Shown one piece after another: positions 23,990-37,226 of a DNA stretch of 64,000 nt (the first letter of the stretch is position 1; each line of letters starts with the position of its first letter). Source of the stretch: Azolla caroliniana. Its lineage: Eukaryota > Plantae > Polypodiophyta. Below the pieces are notes generated by a model. The model searched no databases. It had not been told where the DNA came from and saw only the letters and a program-made list of their open reading frames with translations. Location: assembly GCA_043228905.1 (NCBI GenBank), contig JBHGNT010000003.1, positions 26,164,001 through 26,228,000 on the forward strand, written 5' to 3'. A program made the position numbers and the translations under genes.

Positions 23990-24302
23990 TCAAACAAAGG
24001 CATTCCACGAAGGTTTTACACCAATGGAATTCATGAAGGCATTCCACAAATAGAACTACAAAGGGATTATATGTAAGCAACACACATAAGTTTTCGGGAG
24101 ATGCCATTCCAAGGACCTCTTCAACAACATCACATCTTCCTTGGTTCACGCATCTTGTGGTTCCTCTCAAGTAGCACATGCATGCACGTTTACGCTACAC
24201 CTGCACCATATTCAAATCATGTAATGGCCACTTCAGTAAATAGCCTCGTGGGTGTAGACAAGCCCATATACATCATGATGATCTCTTGGTGTTTTGCTAG
24301 AG

Positions 24303-24711
24303 AAACCGAACCGAACCGTCTATATAAAACAAAAACCAAACCAAACCGTTTATGAACTCTAAGTATTTAAACCAAACCATTTAAGAACAAGTAAACCAAA
24401 TTATTTAAACCCAAACCATGTAGAGAAAAGTTGAAATCAAACTGAACCATTTAATAAAAAAATTAAACCTAACCAATTAAACATTTAAATAAACAAAAAT
24501 ACATTAAATTAAATAAGCATTTAAGTTAAATTTATTAAATCAATAAAAAACTATTAAGGTAAAAAAAAAGTTAACCAAAAACCTATAAACCTGAGTTTTA
24601 GAACCGAACCGAACTGTTTATAAAAAATCCAAACCATTAAATTTTTTTGAGTTTAATAAACCGTTAAACCATGGCTTAACGGTTCAGTTCGGTTTGAGCC
24701 GCCCATTGCTA
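24303..24711. mobile_element. AT-rich non-autonomous DNA transposon (MITE-like) remnant
   Basis: Many AAACCGAACC/AAACCAAACC subterminal-type motifs, switching to the inverted form GGTTCAGTTCGGTTT near the right end. Only one plausible terminus. Confidence 0.55.
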
Positions 24712-27267
24712 CATTCCTCCATGAATAAAATTTCAAGAAACAAGCTCCCATGAGAACAAGTGCATCTCAAAATCAACCATGAAAGAAAATGAGTTGTCTC
24801 CATAGTAAATATAGAGCTCTACACAAACTAGTATTTAAGGAATGTTTTAAAGACACATAATAAGAAAAAATGATTGCACACTATAGACTTGTTCAAATAT
24901 ATGTAATTGAAAGTGTCTACAATGTTCTCATGCTAGATCTAGTGGGAGGTGTTGAAGAGTTTTGAGAGATATGTAAATTGTTAGATGAAATAGATATGGT
25001 TGGTAAAAGAACGCTCAACCTCGAATAGTTATGACTGGTTAAGGAATATTTTAATAAATACGTCAATGAGCATGGATTGTGATTTCTATTGACCTTATGG
25101 AATATCTATGGAGGAAATGTTGACAAGGCCACTCAACTTGTGCTCCATATTCCTCTCATGCTTGTCGGATGCATTATCAAGTGAGGGCCCACCATATTTA
25201 TTCACTTAGGTGGGAGATGAAGTTATGTAACCATAGTTAGTGGCACAATGTGACATTTATACAACTTAGATATTCTTTCTTGTGCCTTATTGATACAAAG
25301 CATGACAACAATATGTAACTGAAAGGCAAATACCACAATAAATTTGACTTGACTACTACTCTATGTTATATAAATTGTTTTGATGAAACTAATTGCATGT
25401 AAATAATCAATCAAACTTAACATACAAATGGTAGTGAAAAGGAAATTCATAACCACACATTATATTTTTTGATTATTTGTACGTTGGTCAATTTATTACA
25501 ACATCCACGTTTTGTTTATTGGCAACACTCTCTAATACAAAACTAGCCATGGTGCTATTGTTTTGTCGTATTGCCTATGTGCTCGTGAATGGTACGCGAA
25601 TCAAGCACAGTGATGATAAAACATTGGGATGTGGAAAGTGATAGTGAAGAAAGTTGCATGTCAGGAAAACAAGAGAGTGGGTCTACATAAAACTTTCATA
25701 AACACATAGTGAATTGATGACCATATGACTATTGGAATAAGAGTTGTATTTTGATGTCCCAATTGGTTTGGCTCCACATAATACTACGTCTAGTGCATTA
25801 TACTTTAATAATTGCCATACATATTATCCACTTGTTACATATAGGTAAATCAAGTATTTTCTATTGCAATGAGACAATGTCACAATGATTTCCTTTTACT
25901 ATTGTGCCGTGAATATTCCTCACATGGGCGCAACAAGAAAACGACTTCAATTCTTTATGTGGTGCGTAACCATTTTCATTGTAATAATTCATGCACTTAA
26001 TAATCCTTCCTTTAGCATCATAATAAGAAATCCTATGTAGATTTCCTTTACAGTTCCAAAACTTTCCCAACAACTTTTACATTAAACATTTGAATTGCTT
26101 TGCTTCGAACTCAATGTCATTGGCTATTGCATCGTCTATAGGTCCACGATATCCATACAAATTTTCTTTTGCCTTTTACAGTTGCTTACAGGGTAGTCAC
26201 ATTGAATAGAACAAATTGATCGATACGAAGCTTAAGAAAAACGTAAAATATCTAGAAACCCAAGGTAATAAATGGATATTATTTTGTGTATGTTACTTAT
26301 CTAACAATTGTTCGTTCCGAAGTGTTTGTTCTAGTTTTTTAAAACCGAGGATTAGAACGTCACCTATGCATAGACCATCACTGTGCAAATTAGGTAGTGA
26401 CATCACTACCTAGATAATTTAAATTTGTTCTTGTAAGGAACCAAACCTTGGGTTACTTTGTAATAAAAGGTTTTTATATGGGGTGAAGACATGATGATCT
26501 CTAACCTTGTGGTCGTACCTTGTCAATAGTGCTTAAACTTTTAAATGCTTAGATTTGCTTGTCTCAGCACTTAATGCTCCCTTGGAAGTAAAGCGACCAT
26601 AATTCTCGATCAAGGGTTCAACTCTTGTTGTCATGTATTTCCCTTTAGGAAGGAAAAGAAAGCCTCAACCATGGATTCAATCATATGGAAAATCTTGGCT
26701 TGATACTAATACAAAATGGTAATCTAGAGTCACATGTACAAGTCATGGTCTTCCTAACTCGTTTCATGCAGCATCTATATATGGTCACACTTGGACTATG
26801 GAAACATTGGTTCTTTGTTGGCAAAGAAACAATCCTACATTTGCACATTGCACGTTAATAATGTCTTCAATTGTCATAAGTTGATTGAAGCTAGATATTG
26901 GTCAATGGTGAAGGTATTTGGTACATGTCATATTATATAATGTATATGATCATTGTGCCAAGTGAGTGTTGGATGTAGAATGACAATCTTATCTTTTATC
27001 ATGTGTAAAAATGTTTATTTGGTAATTAATCTCGGGCTTGTTGCCTCCATTTGTGGCTTTAAAATGTCAACACATATAAGATGAGACATGGAGCTCAATC
27101 CTAATGAATCCACAATAGTTACCTAGAGGAATACAATTATATGGTTACTTCACATTACCATCCTTGTCGAATCACCATTATCGTCATCATTGTCAAGTCA
27201 CCATGCGAGGGTCATGGCCATTTGGTTCCCATGTGTTAAATGGGTGGCCATCCATTGGGGTTGCCAT

Positions 27268-27552
27268 TGTTACAAGGGCGATGTCATGAGGGCCTTCATC
27301 CCTCCCCCATTTGAAAATAAATGGGGATTGTAAAGAAAGAAACACAAGAAGAAGAGGTCTAGAGAGATGAGAGAGAGAGGTGTAGCTAATACATTAATAA
27401 AAGATCGAGAAAAGAATCCATTTGTACTTATATAGACTTCTCGAACCAATATGTATGTCATTAAATATAGATGTTCACTTGGTTACAGTGTAGAATCTTC
27501 TACACCTTGGATTTCGATCTCCAAGTACACATTGCTTCTCTAGTATTTGACA
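27268..27552 (-). mobile_element. Probable solo LTR (285 bp)
   Basis: TGTTACA...TGACA termini, TATA-like CTATATAAG on the minus strand followed by a CT-rich tract. TSD is not clean (CCAT/CAAT). Confidence 0.5.
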
Positions 27553-27858
27553 CAATAATAATAATGACTAACCATGGAATAACTATTTTGGTTAACGGAG
27601 TTACTCTCCAACAATAATGTTGTAAATGTGCAAGATGATCAACTCTGCGATATTGTCTATCTTATATGATAGTTATGTTTGACGAGTGATAGCCAAACAC
27701 AAACTCTATCCATGCCTAGTTGCAACCATTCGGCATGCTATGTCGCAACTTTGGGTATTGTCTATTGAGAAGGTTGCAACCTTTTCAATGGGTTTTCACT
27801 TAGGGAACGAGAGCTTTATCTTACCAATTGTATAAGATTGATCATCTTTGACATCTAT

Positions 27859-28313
27859 TGTTACGAGCATGACCATTTAATATCCTGTGGTGAGAATTTA
27901 CCGTAGTATTCTATACATGTGGATAAGTGTGAGGGTTAAACGAGAGTGTAAAAAAGGGGAGGATTACTTTTAATCCTCGGGATTGAGACAACCCATTAGG
28001 TCAAGTGTGAACTTGCCTGGGGGCCTTGGGTATCGCTATAAATAAGAGGCCTAACTACCCTCATTTGATCATCTTTTGACTACATCGAGACTCTGCTCTT
28101 GTGGTGGGTCAACTCTTGTAGCGAGCGTGCCAGCACCAGGTACGACTTGACGCCACGGCGGTGGTATGGGACGCCGATCGAGGCTCGAGTCCGTCTCGAT
28201 CCCTTCGCTCGGGGGTGGTCGGGTGGATCGGCACCCTTCTTTCTCTTTCTCCTTTCTATCTATCATTAGTTTATCCTTATCTTAAGCTTACTTTAGTACC
28301 TAGATCTCTAATA
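27859..28313 (+). mobile_element. Solo LTR, copy 1 (455 bp)
   Basis: Starts TGTTAC, ends CTCTAATA (CA mutated to TA), perfect 5-bp TSD TCTAT, TATA box CTATAAATA. Homologous to 46813-47275 in inverted orientation. Confidence 0.9.
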
Positions 28314-28849
28314 TCTATGGTACAATTGGAGAATGAGGAGATGGGTTATTGTTCGATGGTTTCCATGGATTGCAATAACTTGTATGTATGTAGACGGTAA
28401 AAGGAAGGCAATAGACATGGCAGATTTGATTTGCAAACTGAAGCTCTCTATGGTCACCTTGACATTGGAGGAGTTTGTGTGGATGTGGCTTTGTCTCGTA
28501 GCATCATCTTATGAGTGAGTGGACAAACATCAACACGAACACCCACCCTTACCCATAGGCGTTAGTGAGATTCAGATAATATTGGAGGGGTAAAAGTGAG
28601 GAAAGGAGACAGACATGTTGTGGTATTGGCAGGTGCGGACGCCGGAGAGCCCTTGCATTTATTTTCTTTGGATTCCTGTGAGCAGTAAGTATAAGTCATA
28701 GCCATGAGCATTATTAATTAAGTATAAGTCATGAGTCATGCATAGTTATGCATAATCATGAGTCATACATAGTGTGTCCATATGCCCATGGATGGGATGG
28801 CCTTTCTCCGTCCACTGACTCCAAACACGCGAAAGAATCTCAAACAAAA

Positions 28850-28880
<31 letters not shown>

Positions 28881-28939
28881 CATTACAAGTTACTTACTAC
28901 TGAGTCCTGACACTGCAATTCCTGGTTGCTATTTATGGC

Positions 28940-29160
28940 GGGGGCCCCGCATATATCACGTGACTTCGTCGCGTGGTGGCTTTTCGCACGTGCCTATTTA
29001 TTTCCTCATAATTTTACTGATTATTATGTTTTTGTCTTTTTTTACTATATACACACACACACACTCTCTCTCTCTCTCTCCTCCACTCCAAGATCCACTA
29101 CTTCAAAGTTAATCCTAATCCTCCATACACCCAAAACCCTAACCCTAACCCTAACCCTAA
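28940..29160 (+). promoter_or_regulatory. Proximal promoter/5' leader motifs of the H+-PPase gene
   Basis: G-boxes CACGTG at 28957 and 28987, GGGGCCCC at 28941, TATATA near 29047, (CA)n(CT)n Y-patch, telo-box AAACCCTA at 29134. Confidence 0.5.
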
Positions 29161-29281
29161 TCCTGCTCAGATCTGGAAACCTAACCGTAACCTCTAATTC
29201 TCCCTCCCTCTCCCTCTCTCTCTGTCGAGAGAGTAGGCGGCGTACTTGTAAACATACATACTAGTAGTAATACCCGGAGCT

Positions 29282-32200
29282 ATGACGATTCTTTCTGAAA
29301 CTCTAACTCAGATCCTCATCCCTGTTGCCGCTGTCATTGGCATCGCCTTCGCTCTTATTCAATGGCTCACCGTCTCCCGCATCTCTGTCTCGGCGTCTTC
29401 TTCTACGGCGACCAAGAAATATGGTCGTCTCCTTGAAGAAGAAGAAGAAGGAACTGCTGATGACAAGGAGATCGTCACGAAATGTGCAGACATTCAAGAA
29501 GCCATATCTCTTGGTTAGTAAGCCATCTCTCCTCTAGAAGATCTCCACACCTTTTTTCTTCTTCTTCTTCTTTTGACCGATATTCTCTCAGCATAGCTAG
29601 TTTTTTGTGATTGTTTCCTCCTTTTCTACCTGCATTGTCTTCATTCTTCCAAATATGATTGAATATGTTATGGATCTGTTGTTTCTTACCGTCTGCGTTT
29701 TCTTTTTCAAGAGAGACGCTATACTATCCGTTATTTCAATTTTCATCTTACCATAGTTCTCTGTAGGATCTAGTTCTGTTTGTTTAGGTCTTACATGTTT
29801 GTTTTTTCATAGATCTAAAATTTGTCGTGGTTTTCTGCGACATTATCTAAATTTCTGCAGATTGGATATTCCTCGAGGAATACGCGCATTTTTATTTGTT
29901 AGTTCGGCTACTTTACTGTATGCGATCTTCATGAATCTGGTCTTTATGTTCATTTTCTGCTAAACCGTCCTCAATTAATTTTCTCTTGATTGGTCTGTGT
30001 CATATTCCTTTCTCAGGCATATTTCATCTTACAGGATGGATCTGATTATCCTCTCTTTTAATATCACACGTTTTCCATGGTTTTTATCTCCCTATATCGT
30101 TTTCTGCTAAGTTATTGTCCATGGATCATAGTACTTGTCGTTGTTAGTCTTAAAAATTTATTCGACGATGATTTTTTGTATATTTATTGATGTACTTGAT
30201 TATCTGTCTTTGTCAATCGTCATAAATCTGATTTTTCCTCTATGTCTTCTTTTAGAATTGATATTTTGTTGATTTCTCACAATAATCTCATAAATCTGAA
30301 TTTTTCTGGTGTACTTTTTTAACCGGTTTCTATGTTTATTTCGTCAATGGCCGATTTTGATATTTATTTAGCTGATTTTGACAGTGTTATCAATTTCACC
30401 ACATTTTATTGTGGAGATCGCTATTAGTATTGTTGTTTATTTTACCTTTACGCTTTACATGATGTAATCCTAATCGACCTGATTTTTTGATGTTAACATG
30501 CGATTTTTAAATGTGTCTGGACACTTATTAGTTTTGCAGTTTTCCATGGCTGTGATGATCGTAGATCTGACTTTAGACCATGTGTTCCGACAAGTTCTGT
30601 GTCTCTTTATTACCTCTACAACTTGTGTATTCTTCGTTAATCTCACAGTGGATCTCTGGTGTCGGTAATTTTTTGTCATGGATCTAAATTTTCTCGGGTC
30701 TGCATTCACTGACTGTTTTGTATTGTCTGCTCCAATTTCCCACTTTGCATTGACCTGAAATAACTGATTTTTCCTGTAATATTTTTTGCCAAATTCTACC
30801 CAATTTCTCAGTGATGGGGATCTCTAAAATTGTCCGTTAAAATCTCTAGCAAATTTAGCTAAGTTTTCCGGTTTCCATGGATCTGAAGAACTGATGTCCT
30901 TTTTGTTTTGTACCAATATTTGCTTCAATTTCCCTTCTTCAATGGAGCAAAAATCGTTGATTTGTCTGTGTAACTTTCTGCTGATTTGTCTGTCTTAATT
31001 TCTATTAACAAATCTCATGAATGTATGTGTCTATAAACAGGTGCCAATTCCTTCCTCCTCACAGAGTACAAGTACTTGGCAATTTTCCTGAGCATTTTTG
31101 CGGTGATCATCTTCATCTTCCTTGGATCTGTTGAGAATTTCAGCCTCTCAACACAGGCTTGTGTATATGATACTTCTTCACAATGTACACCTGCCCTCAT
31201 AACTGCTGCTTTCACAACCTTAGCTTTCATATTAGGAGTAGTTACATCTGTTCTGTCTGGTTATCTTGGGATGAAAATTGCTACCTATGCAAATGCAAGA
31301 ACTACGCTCGAGGCTCGGAAGGGTGTTGGGAAGGCCTTTATCGTCGCTTTCCGATCAGGAGCTGTGATGGGTTTCTTATTAGCTGCAAATGGACTTTTAG
31401 TTCTCTACATTACTATTAATCTCTTTAGTCTTTACTATGGCACTGAATGGGAAGGTCTATTTGAAGCTATCACTGGATATGGTCTTGGAGGTTCGGCAGT
31501 GGCTCTATTCGGAAGAGTTGGTGGTGGTATCTATACAAAGGCTGCTGATGTTGGTGCCGATTTGGTTGGGAAGGTTGAGAGGAACATTCCAGAAGACGAC
31601 CCACGAAATCCTGCAGTAATGAATCTGTTTGCTAGCATTAATTTTTGTTATTTTTTCCGTGTGTTGTGGGCAAGCTGTCAATGTCATAATACCATTTTTA
31701 TCTAGGACCAAACCTGTTAGTGTGCACGATCTCAAACTATAATTGCTTTGTTTTTTTATAATGAACACAATGTCCAATGCTTTGCTTGAACCTACACCTA
31801 TAATGTTGGAAAGTTCAAGCTTTTCAAATGCACAATGTTTGTATTTGAATTGTAGAATTTCGGACACATGAGGTTTCCCACTCGCTTTAAATGCATTCCT
31901 ATGCATCTGTTTATGCTTGAACCCGAAATTTTGATCTGCTTTGAATTCATTCCTATGCATTAGCTTATGTTTCAACCTGAAATCGAGATAATTTTGGAGA
32001 TTCCCCGTGGTCGATGATCATTGTTTTTGACCTATGTTAGGGTTCGAAATTTTCTCTCTGTTTTTAAGTTCATTCGTATGTATTGATTCATGCTTTTTTC
32101 TATCTGTTTTTGGATTTATTTCTATTCATTGGTCAATGATTGGCTGAACCCTAGATTTTGATCTGTTTTGAATATCATCGTATCCATATGCTTGGTCACC

Positions 32201-35159
32201 TATTCTCCATTTGTTTGGAATTCATTTTCATGGATCATTTTATGCTTGGTCCCTAATTTTCGTTTTGTTTAGATTTCGTTTCTATGCCTAACTTAATGCT
32301 TGAATACAAATCTATGTCATGTTGGGATTTTTCGATATTGTGGCTACATTTGCTTTATCATATATTGAGTACAAAATCAACAAATCAAGATCTATCTAGA
32401 GAGCATAAATATATAACATACACCAATGAAGATCTTTATGAGGAGAATATTTAATAGAATCTTGAATCATTGTCGTTCTCAGAATGTCATAGACTCACTT
32501 CTGATGGCACTAAACTATATCTTACGTTAGTTTGTTTCCCAAGTATGAAAATACTGATTGGTCTAATAAGGTGTGCACATTCTTCTTCTTCTTCTTCTTC
32601 ATTTCAGGTTATTGCTGATAATGTTGGTGATAATGTTGGCGATATCGCTGGAATGGGTTCGGATTTGTTTGGCTCTTTTGCTGAGTCCTCATGTGCTGCA
32701 CTGGTTGTGGCGTCCATATCTTCATTTGGCACCAATCATGATTTCACTGCGATGTGTTATCCTCTTCTTATTAGTTCCATGGGCATAATTGTTTGCTTGA
32801 TCACAACCCTATTTGCTACTGAATTCTTTGAGATCAAAGATGTGAAACAAATCGAGCCCACATTGAAAAGGCAGTTGATAATCTCCACAATCTTAATGAC
32901 CATTGGTATCCTTATTGTATCTTATGTTGCTGTTCCAACATCTTTCCAAATCTACAACCTTGGCAGTACACCAAAGCTGGTTCAATGGTGGTATGTGTCC
33001 TCATCTTGGTTTTGTTTCTGTAAAGGCCTCAAGTTTTGTTTTATAATATCCTTTACTGAAGGTGTGACTTTCTTTATTAGGGAACTCTTCTTCTGTGTTG
33101 CTGTTGGCCTATGGGCTGGTCTAATCATCGGATACACAACCGAATATTTCACAAGCAATACGTATAGGTATATACTTGACATGATAGATAGATAGATAAA
33201 ATGTGGTCATGTTTCTCGTCTCTTATTACTGTCTAGATGGATTATCTAGAGCTGAAGTCTTGTCTCTGATTGACTTGCAGTCCTGTGCGGGACGTGGCTG
33301 ATTCATGTAGAACAGGAGCGGCTACCAATATCATTTTCGGCTTAGCATTGGGTTACCAATCAGTTATTATTCCTATTTTTGCCATAGCTATTGCTATTTA
33401 TGTAAGCTTTGCATTGGCTGTCTTTTATGGTGTCGCCGTCGCTGCCCTTGGCATGTTGAGTACTATTGCAACTGGTCTTGCAATTGATGCATATGGACCG
33501 ATCAGTGATAATGCTGGTGGCATTGCTGAAATGGCGGGCATGCCTCATCATATTCGTGAACGGACTGATGCCTTGGATGCTGCAGGAAATACTACAGCAG
33601 CCATTGGAAAGGTATTTGTGATGGCGTGCTTGAATTGAAACAAGGATCAATCGTCACATTTGAAATGACAATAATACATTAAACACTCATCTCAAATAAA
33701 TAACTAGCCCAAGCAGCCCTTAAGAAGTAGCATTAGGCATGGTAGTGGCTTGTGCAATGTGCAGTGTAGAACATGGTTGGCCTCTTATTGGTGAGGGTGG
33801 ATACCTCAAAAGAGGCATTAGAGATTAGAAAAGAAGACGTGCTCATTGGCAGATAACCTTTTACACAATGAATCCCCTGGTCCAGATATTGGGTGGTGGT
33901 TATTTTATAATTGGATCTATCAATAACCTTAATTTGACTCCTAAGTATGTGTATGCTTGTAACTATGTTTTCTTTTCTTTAGTGATTAAAATTTGGTTTG
34001 TTGTTGGTTGTACTTGATGCTTTTTTTAATGCAACAGGGATTTGCAATTGGTTCAGCGGCATTAGTATCCTTGGCTTTGTTTGGTGCCTATGTTAGCAGG
34101 GCGTCACTCACATCCGTTGACATACTATCTGCAAGAGTCTTCATCGGGTTGATTGTGGGGGCCATGTTGCCGTATTGGTTTTCTGCCATGACAATGAAAA
34201 GTGTCGGTAAGGCTGCCTTGAGCATGGTGGAAGAGGTTCGCAGGCAATTCAACACCATTCCTGGACTTATGGAGGGTATCACAAAGCCAGATTATGCTAC
34301 ATGTGTGAAGATTTCTACTGATGCATCCATTAGAGAGATGATCCCCCCTGGTGCACTTGTCATGCTTACCCCTCTTATTGTGGGCATCTTTTTTGGAGTT
34401 GAGACTTTGGCTGGTCTTCTGGCAGGAGCTTTGGTCTCTGGAGTGCAGGTGAGTTTCTTTATATATGCGTGATTAACTTTGGGTTGAGGTTCCTCTTGTG
34501 TTTTATTTAAAATTTGAGTGTGTATTAACGATTATGATCCTATCTCTCTGTTGAAGATTGCTATTTCTGCCTCAAACACTGGAGGAGCATGGGACAATGC
34601 CAAGAAGTATATTGAGGTTTGTGATCTGGCTCTATACGGTTTTCTGAAAATTTTGATACTTACATTTTTCAACTTGAACTAGTGTTGATTTGATAATAGT
34701 CACACATATGAGGTAAGCACATGATAGTGGTTTTAGCTCATAAGCTGAGTAAATGACTGGTTTTAACTCATTAGTAAATGACGGTTTTAGCTCATAAGCA
34801 CATGACTGTGATTATGAGCTAAACACCGACAACACTGTAGTCATGCCTAAGAGCTAAGTACAAGGTAGTCACCATAGATCAGGATTATGCTCATGTCTAT
34901 TGAGATACACATTAATATGTCTGATTCTTACTATATAAAACACATGGCTTTGCAGGCTGGAGCATCAGAACATGCCAAGTCACTTGGGCCCAAAGGCTCA
35001 GATGCACACAAAGCAGCAGTTATTGGAGACACTGTGGGGGATCCTTTAAAAGATACCTCTGGACCTTCACTTAACATTCTCATCAAGCTTATGGCAGTGG
35101 AATCCCTTGTATTTGCACCTTTCTTTGCTGCTCATGGTGGCTTGCTCTTCAAGATCTAG
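29282..35159 (+). CDS. AVP1: Type I (K+-stimulated) vacuolar H+-translocating pyrophosphatase, about 760 aa
   Basis: Exons 29282-29513, 31041-31615, 32608-32990, 33081-33167, 33281-33611, 34038-34448, 34557-34616, 34956-35159 (all GT-AG, total 2283 nt, in frame). Motifs [26 protein letters not shown] (K+-dependent type), [14 protein letters not shown]. Confidence 0.96.
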
Positions 35160-35589
35160 ACCTTGAACTCGTTGTTCCTCCCCACACTCGTGTTGTTTTA
35201 GAATTTTTGTTCAATTAGCCTTTGAGGACCTATTGTTTCGTCCTCCTTTATATTGAGAGATTTCTCAATTCTTTTTGCCATGTGCAAATCATTGATCCGG
35301 CATACAATCCTATGTTTCCCACTGGATTTAATTGTGGTTCTTTATTATTCGAGGTTAGTCTAATGGATCAGAGTCCTATTTTCAGAACCCAATAGAGTGA
35401 TTTTAATAAGTGATTAATCTCTTTTAAATAGATGTATCACTGTGCAATGCAAGATAAGCCATTATCTAAAACCCATTATTTAATACAAAATACTTGATGA
35501 TTAGAGTCGTCAATGGTTGCTACACCTATTTCACATGTTGTAGTTGATCTCTGTAGCCTTGTCAACACTTGTTTACTTAAAGTTAGGCT

Positions 35590-35684
35590 TGATTAAATTT
35601 GTGGTGTTCTTGACGTTTATATCATCTAATAATGTTAGCTTATCAATGTTAATATAAACATCAAGAACACCACAAATTTAATCA
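35590..35684. repeat. 95-bp hairpin (33-bp arms, 1 mismatch) between the convergent genes
   Basis: 35590-35622 is the reverse complement of 35652-35684. Confidence 0.88.
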
Positions 35685-37226
35685 CATTGTTTGTAATTTA
35701 CATGTGGATATTTTCCATTAGAAATGCGGGCTTATGTAGTAGTTATTTGTAGTAAATATGGTGAACATTTATGCTGGAATGTTCTTATATTTTAGAATAT
35801 GGTATATAAATTTAATAATAGGACATTATTATTCTCAGCCTCCACATATTATTATATGATTAGAGAAAGTGTCTTGGTGTTAGTTGAAATATTATACGTG
35901 ATCTGCATGTAGTTTCTGCATTGTTCATTGGAGATGTTCTTCACTAATGAATTTCTTTGGAATGAGCTTGTCTCATAACTAATGATGATTTCAACATATC
36001 CATTAAAACCATGAAAGAATTGAGGATCTAATCATTATGTGGTGTAACTATTCAGAAATTGAATTATTTTGGACATGGAATCACGTTTTTGAGCCATCCT
36101 TGATGACTGTATTTACGGTTGGGGATAATAAGTCATCGACTTCGCCATGCAAACCATGCAAATACAAAATTTCCTTACAGTACCTTGATCTTTTAGAATA
36201 ATGGTGATCTTAGTACATGAATATTAGCAGGTTTTGAACAATAAATGAATGGGGCATTGCCTTGAATGTAAGCTATATCGTACATACCTCTTAAAGACAT
36301 GTCAGTGTAAAGAGGTAGGGTGTACGTAAAGAAGCTATATAACAAGTTTTTGTGTAAGGTATTTGCAGATGTTCCCGTCTTTAGACTTCATAGTAGTTTT
36401 CAAAACATGTTTGAAACGTTTTAGGTTGGTATTTCACTACACATTCAAGTTTATTTCCATCAATCAATTCACCCTGCAAAACAGATGAAACAATAACCTT
36501 TTATCTCTATGCACGAAATATATTATTTAAAACAACTGATACTGCAAATTTCAATTTTTACGTTCGTGTTTCATTGCAAATTACAAAACGATTGAGACAA
36601 TTAGCCTTTATTTAGAGGTAGCAAACCAATCGTCCTATGAATGGTGAAGTATTTGCAACTCCCTTCATTTGGGTTTGCCTTGTGCGCTTCATTCCTAAAT
36701 ATTCATCAGCGTGAATTGTGCGCCCCTTCCTCTTGTGTGAAGTCAGGATTTTGCAGACCATTTTAGAGCTGATTTAAAAATTAGAGTATGTATACATCTT
36801 TCATTTTCTCCCTTATATTAAGCAAATGCTGCTATTTAGTTACACTACTCTACAAATGTTTTGATTTCTAAGTACATGGAATCTCATTTTCAGATTTATG
36901 CAATTTAACCAGTGTCTCCACAATACCTTGTCAAACTGTCAACCACTATATATAGAATCATAGCATGACATTCATAATGCAGCATATTAAGAAGCACTAT
37001 ATTTACATTACTCTTTGGAAGTATTTTTTGTTGTCCAAAAACAAGTCAAGTTTGTTTTCTGGTCACAAAAATGCTGATGTAATCTCAAAAGCTAGGGATA
37101 TGTACACAAAACCCCATGGACAGTCCTACCAGACCTTTAACTTGAATAGTTTTGATTCAAAAGTCCCTACCATCATCATATACAGTTGCGGTGGTGATGA
37201 ATCACCGATCTTTTGTTTTTGTAAAA

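Noticed and set aside
24880-26200. Possible copia RNase H/PPT remnants and a CCAH transposase-like peptide
   Set aside because: Too degenerate to assign boundaries or family from sequence alone.
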